Below, piece by piece: positions 52,783 to 64,000 of a stretch of DNA of 64,000 nt. Where the stretch lies: contig CM060732.1 in NCBI GenBank assembly GCA_030704615.1, forward strand, positions 11,284,001-11,348,000, written 5' to 3'. Below the pieces are notes generated by a model. That model was not told the DNA's origin. It did no database searches and worked only from the letters and a program-made list of their open reading frames with translations. The position numbers were made by a program, and so were the translations under genes. How positions within the stretch are numbered: the first letter of the stretch is position 1; each line of letters opens with the position of its first letter. The stretch is from Takakia lepidozioides (Eukaryota; Plantae; Bryophyta).

Positions 52783-54250
52783 TCCATGGAACGCGATTGA
52801 TCGCAGAATATGCACAGCACGGTCTGGGATGGAGGCTTTGGAGACCTATGAGCAAATGATGTGAGGGGGGGGGGGGGAGGCCCAATCATATCACATTTGT
52901 TTGCATTTGCAATGCGTATGCAAGCCTTGCATGTCGCGGCCCTTTGCCTTGAGGGCAGGGGGTCGGGACACATGAGGGGCTGCCCCTGTGGTGGGGGCAG
53001 CGGCAGCGATAGGTATGGGGGGGCTGAAGCACCCTTGAGTGCCCAAGGCACTCAAGGAGGCGGAGGCGCTCACTAGGTGGAGCCCCGCACACCGGGTTGC
53101 GGTGGGGGGTGGTGGTAGCTTAGCGGGACTTAGTGGGGGTGGCATAGGACTCACCATGGGGGCGGAGACCTCGTGGTGGGAGTCGTGGGGAGTCTTGGGA
53201 CTCATCACGGTCCATAGGGGCCGTGGTGAGCGGGCCAAGACTCACCGCGACTCATCACCGGGAGTCGAGGATTTTCGTGGTGGTTCGCCATAAAATGGCA
53301 TGGCTGGTTGTGGAACCCCCGCGGACAGCTACAGAAGTATATATAGGGAGTAGTAACCCCGAGAACGGTGCAAGCCCGTTGGTGACCAAAAACTAGTGAG
53401 TAAGCGAGCGAGCCGGAAAGCGACCAAAGAGTGGGGAGCTGTTCCGGACTGCCATCTACCAAAGGGAATTCTCCTAGTCCCAATTAGGTGGAGGGTTTAG
53501 AGGGAAGCGAAGGGGGGACCGTTATGTCCCGGTGAGCAGCCGAAGCTCCAAGTTGGCCCGGGCGGCCAGGTTGGGAGTCAGGCGCGCGCATCAAAGCGAG
53601 TAACTATGACTTGAAGGGGAGCTTACCGAAGTGAGGTGCGCGACATTGCAACCTTGGAAAATGGCAAAGAGGTCCATGGTAATATCGTCAAAGCTGGAAT
53701 AGTACCAGACGTCATTTTGAACCCTACCCTGGTGGACATGTATGCCAAATGTGGGAGCATTGAAGATGCAAAGGGAGTGTTCGACAACATGGCTGAACGA
53801 AATGTGGTGTCATGGAACGCGATGATCGTAGAATATGCACAGAATGGTTATGGAATGGAGGCTTTGGAGACCTATGAGCAAATGATGCTCGGGGGGTGAG
53901 TCCCAACCATATCACGTTTGTTTGCATTTGCAATGCGTGTGCGAGCCTTGCAGCCTTGGAAAAGGGCAAAGAGGTCCATGGGATATCGTCAAAGCTGAAA
54001 TAATAACAGACGTCATTCTGAACACTTGTCCTGGTGGACATGTATGCCAAATGTGGGAGCATTGAAGATGCTTTGAGTAGATGATGTGGAAAAGGGTGAA
54101 GCCCGACTGCATCACGTTTGTTTGTGTTTGCAAGGAATGTGCAAGCTTGGCAGCTCTCGAAAAGGGCAAAGATGTCCATGGTGACATCGTCAAAGCTAGA
54201 AGTATACCAGATGTTATTCTGCACAGTACCTTTTGTGGACATGTATGTCT
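52783..54250 (+). pseudogene. PLS-class PPR repeat fragment (interrupted, frameshifted)
   Basis: P motif NVVSWNAMIVEYAQNGYGMEALETYEQM, L motif ITFVCVCKECASLAALEKGKDVHGDIVK and S motif LVDMYAKCGSIEDAKGVFDNM, in about three triplets. It has stops and frameshifts and no E/DYW domain. Confidence 0.9.
52932..53645. mobile_element. Solo LTR (714 bp)
   Basis: Termini TGTCGCG...CGCGACA with exact 5-bp TSD TTGCA (52927-52931, 53646-53650). Removing it restores the PPR L motif ...ASLA|TLENGKEVHG. Confidence 0.92.
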
Positions 54251-57057
54251 TATATGCATCTGTATTGTCGTCTGTTAGACACACCAGGTTCATCGACCCT
54301 TGCCATCATGTAGGCCTCACATGTGAAGGACTCGTATTCATCAGTTTAATAAGTCTCGCGATATTCCCTCCGGTTCTCTATCATTTTGCTCTCCTTCATC
54401 TTCATCGTGAGTATTGCATCTGCTAACAATTGCAACAGCGTGCAAACCTACACAGACAATGCCAAGCATAAATCCACATGCCACTCACTTGCTTGAACCC
54501 TCAAATTGCCGGCATGGCCATTGACCCCCCCAATTCCTTTATGGTGTGCATGTCATTTACACTAATTCCTAAACCCCAAAACAAAATGGAAAGACTGCAG
54601 ATAATGACATATCTCAGAATGGAGAGTGTTCATGGCCGCATATGTGCACGTCCCTGGAGCTCGCAAGTGAACTATGGAAACAATAGTCAATCCAGGTCTG
54701 CTCCTTCACATACCAAGCAAATATAACATGCAACTTGCTCGGATGATTGGTTTCGGATGCTCGATGTAGAACTCACTCACGCGCTAAATCCTGGAAGAAG
54801 AGCACAATCACAATCCGGAGAACACGGAAGAGAAATATCAAGGGATAATAAGGACCTGCACGCAATTCACACTTAGAGATGAAGCGGTGCAACCATTGAA
54901 GACGGCCAAAACATCCTGCTTCGTAGCCCGATTGTCCATTCGTGTCCACAAACTGAACCTCCATGGCAGGACGCGGTACGCCAACGCCCTCAAAAACCGA
55001 TAGCGACATTTTGCGATGGCTGCCAACATCACACCGTCCCGTCTCATTCTACATGCAATGCAATAATATGGATGCAATGGAAGCATGTATGTACCATGTG
55101 CAAGATGAAGGCATGCATGGGGGATGGGGATGCGGGAGAGGGCATGACCTGCACGCTTGACAAGCCTTTGAAGTGTTGAGCGACAGCAACAAGGGCATGC
55201 GTCATGTTCCCGTAGCGGGCACATGAGGCGCGGGAGGACGTGCCGCGCGGTGCGCTGGCGATGGAGGGGGGGGTGGGCTTGGGGTGGCGGGGGGTCCACG
55301 CTGGCTGAACCGGCTTCCTCGCACTCAACTCCAGGGCCCCATCTAATGCTTGGCCAGAGAATGCGGGCAGCTGATGAGCAACACTAATGTCAGGAAGGAG
55401 TCTGACTGTCTGAGTCGATATTAGTTAGACCCGTTGCACATCCATCAACCACAGTCATTCGTCATCACGCCTACGTCTCTGCCGGTGGATCTACTATTTT
55501 CACCTTTAGGGTTAGGGGTAGGGTCACCAGTCACCACCCCATCTGTTTGTCTCGACTAGATTTGGCTGCTAGTTGTGCTCTCTTCACTCATAAGTTTCCA
55601 GGGCATCAAGCAGTGAAGAATTCAAAAGGGGTTTGAACGTGTGCGCTGCATGACTGCAATCTGCAAGAAAAGGTAAAAACATGTGGAGATTGATAAGTTG
55701 GTTGGGTCTCAATCTTGACAAGCTCCAAATGTCCAAGGACTTGATTGTTGGAGCTATCCTAAACTATTTGTTGGGTTCCTCACTAGTCTCTTCATATGCT
55801 GGGAAGGCTCCGGAATCTCCATCATGAGAGAGGTCTAACACTTTTGGATTTCCTCATGTTGCATTCAGAAGCCTCTTTTGGCTGTTAATCTGCTCAGCAT
55901 GAGAGAAAATATTATCCTGCTCAGAGATCAGCGATGGACATCCTATTGGTGATGATGGCTTCTCTTCCATATCTTGCTGGGAGTTGAATTTCCACAGTAG
56001 GCACAACTCTTAAGAGTATCACCCCCTCAATGTTGTCAGCTACATGTCCATGTCAGAGCCAAGCAATGAACTGTCAGTTTCACACCCTTCTTAGTGTAAT
56101 TGAGGAAATTGATGTGTTACAATAACAAAAGATGTCAAAGTTCCCAGTGGCAGCCAAGTTGCCAGTCATACGAGGTTGGTCTCAACAATGCTCACAATCA
56201 CCATGTATAGAAATGGATTCGTGCCTCAGAGAGTATGGAAGGACAAAAGAGTAGGTCAATTTCAGAGTTTATGCTGCTCAACACATAATGATCCATTAGC
56301 CTCAAGATGGAGGATGTCCTAGTTGCAAATCAATGTACGACTTTCTGTATCTTGCTACAGCTTTGTGGCATTTATGAAAGCACTTCCCTACATTAACAGG
56401 CACCATGGTGATTTTTTATAATATAATTGTAGGTCAAAGCTCCTGAAGGTTGGAAATCTTAAGAAAGTTTTGATCATGTAACATCCCATAACACTCCTTT
56501 TCTTGCAGACAGGAAGAGGGGAGATGTTCCCAGCACTTAATTCCAGCCAAAATTAGTCTATTCTTTACGCATCCATCTGTTTGAGGGGTAATCATCCTTG
56601 TACTGTATGGTGTCAAAATTACTCATCTCTTCACCATCATCTTCCTTGGAGAGTTAGTGTGCTGTGACTTAAACAAAGGTGAGAGTTAAGGAAGTTGAGC
56701 ATGCAAAGTTTTATTTCCCTCCTGCTTACCTCTCCTGCTTGCTCATGTTACTCTACAGGCCCTGTTGCTTTGCTTCATCCTCCAAGCATGCTCTCAGTTG
56801 TCCCAGCCATCATTGTATCCCTGATCTCTCTCTATGCATAGGATTGCTACTGATGTTGAAGCCTATATGGCTTTGGCTGTGCAAGTCCCATGCTAGCTTA
56901 AACCCAATCCGGTAGAATAAATGTTGTTGACTTGCTTGCCAACATGGGATGAATTAGAAATGGTAGTCTCAAAACCATGGAGTACAGAAGCGGGCTCAGC
57001 CAAGGCCCAATACAGATTGTCAACATCTGAAAAAATGGGCAGAGATACAGGAGAGGC

Positions 57058-58900
57058 TTATCTGGCGTTTGCTCTGGCAGCCCACATTTGCAGGAAACTC
57101 ACCATCTGCTCTCCTCCCCACTCTGTCAGCATCAAATGAATGAGAATTGAGAAAGTACTTACATTCCATGGAAACCCGAGTAATCAAGATCATTATAGAA
57201 GTGCCAAGAGTACATAGTGACCAAAAGGGAAAAGAGAGTGTACCATTGGCATAGTCAAGTGGTGTCCCTTTGTCATCACTTTGTGCTTGTATGTCTGCCC
57301 CTGACTCCAGAAGCATTCTGGCTATCTCTATGTTTCCTTTCAGACATGCCAGCTACACACATGTAAGGGAAAAACATTATTTAAAGATAAGTTTGACCCA
57401 GACAGGAGGCACTAGTGGTTGGAATCAAATTAATGGTACTATCTAACTCTTGAAAGCACATACCGTGAACACCAGATACTTCTCCTTGTGACTAAATCAT
57501 TTCTTTTCAAGGAAGTAAAGAAAAGGTTCCAGATCAAACATGTACTAGAAGACATAGAAACGCACAAAAGAAGCCATCGACCCCTAGAGAACTGTCAAAT
57601 CAGACCTGACATTCAGAGGCCATCTGGGTCCAAACAGTACTACCAAGCTTATTGTTAAGAAGATTAGGGCCCAAGGACCTACCTGAAGTGCAGTGTTGCC
57701 ACTCTCATTGCGCACCTCTGTTTCTGCACCTGCCTTCAATAATGTCCTAACCACCTGTATCAAGCATAATTAAGAAGAGCCCTGACAGGGGGTGTAAGAT
57801 CATTCCCAATAGTCAATACCTTATCTTGCATAGTGGTATGCTAAACTGGAGATCAGGTCTTCTATGGACTACGGAATTTGCTGCTCAGTGAACTCATTCA
57901 GAGGTCTGGCATGCTACTGCTATTCAGAAGCACCTGACAGAAGTCCCAGCAGAGAGAACTTGCCATACTTATCCGGTAATATAAGCAGTGCCACTTCAGC
58001 TTAGAATTGAAATTGCACAGATGCAGCCTTGAAATCCAATAGTCGCATATAAACAGAATTCCATTAGTTGAAGCACTATACATCTTCCCTGCCACTTGAC
58101 CGGATAAGCCCTTGGAGATGCCATTTACATCTCACATGGAAAGAGAGAAATTTTAGGTTCAATGTGGCACGTTCTCGTGCCCAGTGGCTTGTGTCACAGA
58201 AATTGACTCCTCATATTCTCAGACTGACAACTAAAACCTCTTGTGAACTGTAACGCCAATGACGTAACAGATGGTAACCTAGGAATTGCTAATCAGGAGG
58301 CAGGAGAGTCATCCTGTAAGATACGTTTTGGGCAAAGAAAACTCACATAGAAAGGCATCTTATGCCAGTTCAAAATGGGACCTTTCCAATCGCTCGACCA
58401 AAATACAGCTTGATTTTACTATCCAGGATTTAGCACTGTCCTAGACGAGGTACCTCTTTGTGACCATAGAAGGATGCCAATTGAAGGGCAGTCCACCCTG
58501 CCCTCTCTTGACTTGGCAAATCAATCTTCACCTCCCTCGATGCCACCAGCTCTTCCACAAGCTCAAGATCCCCTCCCTTGGCCGCATCCTTGAAGAGCTC
58601 ATTCTTATCTGTGGACCCGTTAGATGCCGATGCTGCAATGCTAGATCCACCCCAGGACTGTCGAGACAATCTAGTCTGTGGTTGGACCAGGTGAGAGGAA
58701 TCGTAAGCACCGGACCCACCAGTAAAAGCCACGCAAATGCAGGTCAGAGGAGGGTGAGATTGTAATTCGAGGGCGGGGAGTAGTGAGCAAGAAGGGGTCC
58801 TTGCTGAAGCCGTCCTTTTCGAGCAAGCAGATAGGGGGGAGCTCTGGCCATGCTGACACTGAATTGAAGCAATCTGCGGAGTGATCACAAACAATGCCAT
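57058..58900 (-). CDS. Ankyrin-repeat protein with putative N-terminal plastid transit peptide (exons 58900-58454, 57754-57683, 57352-57244, 57122-57058)
   Basis: Ser-rich N-terminus, then AAKGGDLELVEELV, GWTALQLASFYGHKE|VVRTLLKAGA, GNTALQ|LACLKGNIEIARMLLESGAD and GTPLDYAN|EWGGEQMVSFL. Confidence 0.85.
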
Positions 58901-60041
58901 TCCTCACTCCCTTTCTCAACAGTTTGTGTGCCAATTGTGGGCTCTCTCTCTCTGACACACTTCCTTTCTTTTCCTAACGGATCTTGTATCATTCTCGTGT
59001 TCTCCGTCCTCTGCCATTGTCTTGCTGACCCTTACTTTGTCTTCTACTGCATCACAAGACCTAAATGAATTTGGAACCCGAAGTTTTCAAGTGAATGTGT
59101 TTGTTTTTTTTTCCTTGTGAATGAGAACAGACGTCGGACTGTACAGGTGGGGTTTGAAGTTTGAAGAACATAACACGCACTCAGACTGTGTAGGAGAACT
59201 GTTGGTGTATGACGTGCAATGTGGAGTGGATTTCCAGTATGCAGATGCTCAATTCTCTCTCGCCGTCCAATTGCCAGTCCGCATGCGCACTGTTGATTTG
59301 GTTTGACTTGGTGACATGCACATATCTCCTCGTGCAGTGTGGTTCTGGAAGTAACGTCCGCTACTTCTAGCAAGAGAATTTGAAGGAACTGGATAGGAAA
59401 GATTGGGTAAGTGTATGACAAACCAGAATTGGATAAGTTTTCAACCTTATGTGAGGCTGTGCTTTGTACTCTTACCAATCAGCTTCCTTTGAGTCAATGT
59501 TAGTCTCTGTTTGAAGGCCAACCCTCTTGATAAATTCTCCCTCCCTGCAGGGATTGTAGAAAACATTTCTTCTGAACAAGCCTGTGGTTTTGGTCATTTG
59601 AAGATCCATGGTTACAATTGATAATTCGGAAGCTATTTGCCTAGAATTGGCAGCTGCTGAAGTAAGAGAAGACACAAAACACAAAAGCAGTCCTCCAAAA
59701 AACTCTAAAGTTTATCTATGTAAGTATTTTGTTCATAACAACGACAAATCTGACTCTCGTTTCAAGTTTAAATTGAAGGTAAAGCTTGTTTACATTGATA
59801 TATTGTCTCACTAGCCTCTGAATAAGCTGTCCAGAGCGTTTTCCTCACAAAACTCAGACAGACAGAACATTAAGATTCTGCTCTTGTAAGTTCTGCTAAC
59901 TCTACAAAGCCTTGAAGACTGTTCCCGCGGCTTACCAGATTTTTACAAAAAAGTATCGGGTCAGCTGGTACAAGAATTGATCTATTCTTCATCACAGAAA
60001 GCATTGGGTAGGACAAAATGAGTTCATGAAATGATGATAGT

Positions 60042-63000
60042 CTAAACCAATCCAGAGCATGCAGCAACTACATTCTTACCATCTAAAGTTAAGAGAACTT
60101 TATAAAGGTCTGGGCGTCGATCTCTGAAGATGCCCCAGCTATGGCGCTTGACCTTGATTTGGTTCAAGTCGAACTTAGCCACCAAGATCGTGTCACTCTT
60201 GTCATCTGCTGACTCCACTATCTCCCCTGTGGGACCTGCTTACAATCCAGGCCACCAGACAGACCCTGCTAGTTACAGATAGACATCCCCAGAATACCCC
60301 ACCCCCTCTCTGTTACTGCTGTCCCCTGCCTAGCTCCTCACCCAAAAATTCTCAACAGTGCAGGCCTGCAATCACCATTACTAAGTCTTACTTGTTCACC
60401 AAGGATCTTTACAGGATCTTAACCAGAAGCGCTCAAAAAGGTTACATGAAAACAGAAAGTCGGACGACATATCACAGGCACCATTCTATCCTTCCAAAGT
60501 TCAAGAACCACAGTGGCAGTCACCTGCAATGAAGGAGGTTCCATAGAAAGTGATTTTGCTGGGGCCATGCTCTGTCTCTACCACTTCCTGGCCCACCCGG
60601 TTAGATGTGACTAGCGGCATCTGCACCACAGATCCATGGAAAATTAGCACAAGTTTTTGGGGAAACCAAGCTGTACGCAGCCACAAAGGATCAGCTATAG
60701 GTATGGTAAACACACCACATTGGCACCAGCATGTCCCTGCATTACTCTCCTCCAGTGATCACTTGAATCCAGTCCCTCAGCTTGCGGTTCTGTGCCAATG
60801 GCAGTCGGATAAAATAGCACCTCGGCACCCATTAAGGCCATGGCCCTGGCTGTCTCTGGAAACCACTGATCCCAACATATCCCTGTGGTGCAATCACACC
60901 TCCCCCAGTTAACACATGCTTTTTTAATCCACAAATATACTACCTGTTTGAAATTTGCCAAGCACTCCAAGCACTCCTCTTAACGCACGCTTGCATTTGA
61001 ACCCCACCTTCCTTCATCAGTATCTTGTCCTATGAAAGATTTTGTAAGTTTGTTAAATAGAATTTTGCTGAACACCACAACTTATGTAGTCGTCAAATCC
61101 CCCAAATGCAAACCAGCTGAACTTCTTGGCCTTAGTTTGACAGAAGGCATTTGGAGGAAACTACCTATACCAATCGTAGCAAACTTGGTCTCGAATACCT
61201 GCACACAAGAGTACCAAATTTGCACCCATGTTACTAAGCAAGATGACTTTACCTTCAGTTTCCCATAGGTATGTTTTATTAACAGAGACTGTTTCATCCC
61301 GGCAGTCAGAGAATTCCACATGCTTTACCATGCAGGATGAAACTTAATGGCATGTCATGCCTGCAAGAACCTTCTCTAACCATTTATACCCATCCAGCCA
61401 AGTACATCCTACTCAACCCCAGATAGGCCGGCAATCGATAATCAAACAAACAACTCACAAAGCACGATATTCACCACTCCAATCGATCACCCAAATACTG
61501 TCAAGATTTGCCATCCAGAACCTCCAATATGATGCAAAATGCCCAAGGAGGTCACATGTAGGGCATACCTTGAACCCAGTGTCACCAGGATTGAAGTAGA
61601 ACTTCTCTTGATACCCTGTGACATATGCGTGTTCCCGGTATGTTCAGCACACACACATGAAAACAACTTGCTTCCAGCATATATGTGAGAAGTGGCGAAT
61701 AAAATGGTTGTAATCCATCAGTATACCAAAAGGACCAATTGCCTGTAAAATCTGACACTGAAACTGGATCTACAATTGAATGTGCAGGATAAATGTGAGC
61801 AACATGGGATTCTAACACTGATCATAACAATGTCAATAACCATTTCATCAAGTCCAACCACAGATATTACTGACCAGGTCCATCTGGGATATGGGATTTG
61901 CGGTAGAGACCAACATCAGTGCCATCCGCATCAATAACCACGATAGAGTTGTAGTGTGCATTGTTTGCTTCCTCGAAAAAGCTGACAGGGATCACCACCC
62001 CTAACTCCTTTGCCAGCCTTTGCATTCTGCTTAATTATCGATGAAAGTTAGGATTGGGTGCTTACTGTCATGAGAACGCCATCCCCTCCCACTGGAGGAT
62101 GGGCTGATGCTGCTGAGTTATGTACCTACTGCTGGCTGAAATTGCTGAAAGGATCTCCCTTACCTCTCTTCTCTTTGCTAGTATGACCTGTTGCAGGGAT
62201 GACATTGGTGAAGTGGTTTAAGCCTGGGGTTCCACAGGAATCGCTACCTAAGAGATCTACTCCTTTTGACTCCCTTGCATGTTTTGTACCCAAGTGGGGT
62301 ATATCCTCTTCTATGAGACAGGATGCCTATTGGTTCAATTTGGACTTTCTTGTGATGAGAAATAGTCACATAATCATGCCTTCCTACTCTCTGGCAAGTA
62401 CTCCGCAGCCCTCATGAGGGCCATGGGCACCTGCTGAGTCAGTTCTCACAGCCTACAGCTTGAGTCAGGGCACTGGAGTGACACACCCCACCACAGAAGA
62501 TAGTAATGTTACTCGTGTCTTCAGTTTTCAGGACTAGAAGCGTTGGCAGCTTTCCTGCTGGAGGCATTCTGTCTTCGGACAATAGTTGGAGTCTTTGCTG
62601 TGAATTTCTTGTTCTACTTCTTCCCATGATCCCTCAGCCATGCCACAGGACGCTATAAAGTCTGTTTCTCTCATTCCCTTTCTTCTGGGGTTTCTCAAAA
62701 AAACCACCCTTTTTCGTTCTTTTCTGTTTCCTTTGACTCCAGACACCAGACAGTGCTTCAAGGAGATACTTGCCGTTGGATAGTGGGGTGGTCTTCCCGA
62801 GGATGGGCGCGTGCAAAGAAATCTTCCCTCTGGGCCTGGCAGAAGTAATAACCCTCAAACAGTTCCTGTGGTACACCAAATAAACCCCACAATATATCAT
62901 GAGTGTTCTACATATCTGAGGCATGAAATTACAAAGCATAGACTCAAAATTGACAAGAAAGGAACAGAATGATAGAAAGAAGCAGGAGAAAGGGAAAGAA

Positions 63001-63746
63001 AAAAACATGATGCCATCCATGAAAAACCAAGAGATGCTGGGACAATATCCAATCACAGTAGTCGACAACAACTCCAAACCAGGGCTACATAGTTACAGAG
63101 GGTAAGGACGAGGAGAATCAGAAGCTGAAGAACAAGAAACAGAAGAGAGACAGTTTTAACCACAAGTTAGCTGGACATAGACAAGCTATGGCATGAGGTT
63201 TACCTGAATGAGCACAATGTCGGCACCTTTTGCATGGGCCTCTCTCACCATCCTGCCAAAAAATCCCTCCATCAATCAGCAGTCTTCTTCAACCCCATAC
63301 GTACACTATCTTCTTGATTATTAAGTAGCAATATTATATATTACTCAGTAGCCAATGAGCTTGAGACATGTTGCCCAGCCCACAGTGTCTCTCACGCACA
63401 AATGCCAACAACATCGATGTTGCATTAGTAACTGAGTTAAGAGGTTTTGGTGGTTCCGACATTTGCTTAAGCCCCGTGTCAACAAGATGCCAATTCAGAA
63501 TTGCTTAAGCAAAAGACACAGTGACTGTGACTGGCTTTGTTCTATGCTTCAATTTCCACCAAATCATTAGGACAATAGGAGTGAGCAAAACATCACGAGC
63601 ACCCACTTCGCTACATTGTGAGGGAAAGACTTAGAATGGAAAGGAGAGACCCACTTCTCTGCTTTCTCGACATTGAGTGCGACATCGTCTGTGCAGGAAA
63701 ACTGCAGGGCAGCCACCCCCACCACTCGCTCTCCCTTCTGTGCCAT
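60042..63746 (-). CDS. CPA: N-carbamoylputrescine amidase (nitrilase family, NLP1/CPA/AguB), 9 coding exons; last codons uncertain
   Basis: VAALQFSC...LIQ|ELFEGYYFCQ...YRKSHIPDGP|GYQEKFYFNPGDTGFK...G|ICWDQWFPETAR...YPTAIG...GHAGANV...WGIFRDRRPDLY, giving the E-K-C catalytic triad. A possible extra donor GATG|GTAAGA lies near the end. Confidence 0.95.
62027..62773 (-). other. GC-AG intron in CPA
   Basis: Exon ends ...HPTIQ-CG|GCAAGT and the next exon starts AG|A ATG CAA AGG (R-M-Q-R-L-A-K-E-L). Confidence 0.85.
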
Positions 63747-64000
63747 CAATCCTCAAGCCGAAACCCTCCCCTCAACTGTGAATCAAGCCAAAGCCCTTCA
63801 AAATGCTGAGACACGCCGACTCAGTACTTACATCAGTCACAGACTAAAAAGCTTCCGCAATTGCAGATGTCGGTCTTTGTACTTTCTCCACCAAGGATCT
63901 TCCAACTCATCAGGGATCTGCAAGTTCTGAAGATGCGGACAGGTATCTGAAAGAAGGTGATACTAGGTTCAAATCCCCGATCACTCGTCTTGCTTGGTCA

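Larger units (their letters stand above)
52263..55354. mobile_element. Non-autonomous Mutator-like element (Pack-MULE) carrying PPR fragments
   Basis: TIRs of ~260 bp (GCCAAGCATTAGATGGGGCCCTGG...) at both ends. 9-bp TSD CAGAGAATG at 52250-52258 (followed by 4 extra nt AATG) and at 55355-55363. No intact transposase. Confidence 0.8.

Noticed and set aside
52051-53483. GC-rich ORFs of 70-170 aa
   Set aside because: They fall within the TIR and solo LTR and have no recognisable domains.
55505-55524. Interstitial telomeric repeat TTTAGGGTTAGGGGTAGGG
   Set aside because: Only about three imperfect units, which could arise by chance or be a telo-box.
63940-63990. tRNA/SINE suggested by B-box GGTTCAAATCC
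   Set aside because: No A box or cloverleaf is visible upstream.

Overview
Gene-dense nuclear DNA from a land plant, most likely a non-seed plant such as a bryophyte or lycophyte. This is inferred from the spliceosomal introns, GA microsatellites, MIZ1 and PLS-class PPR motifs. Exon-level models are supported for LUC7, RER1, an intronless F-box gene, a SETD6-like methyltransferase, SSU72 (with a U12-type intron), a large J-domain protein, a TMEM144-like transporter, MIZ1, an ankyrin-repeat protein and N-carbamoylputrescine amidase (with a GC-AG intron). Disabled sequences include an F-box pseudogene, an intronless DHX16/Prp2 retro-pseudogene, two CRE-like LINE RT remnants, a Ty3/gypsy integrase-PPT-LTR remnant and a tRNA-derived SINE head. 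The most interesting structure is a ~3.1 kb Pack-MULE-like element (52263-55354; ~260 bp TIRs, 9-bp TSD) carrying PLS-class PPR repeats, which are themselves split by a solo LTR with an exact 5-bp TSD. A ~0.6-1 kb inverted duplication enclosing the F-box gene and a palindromic ~42-bp minisatellite also deserve a second look. All alignments and family calls were made by eye; no searches were run.
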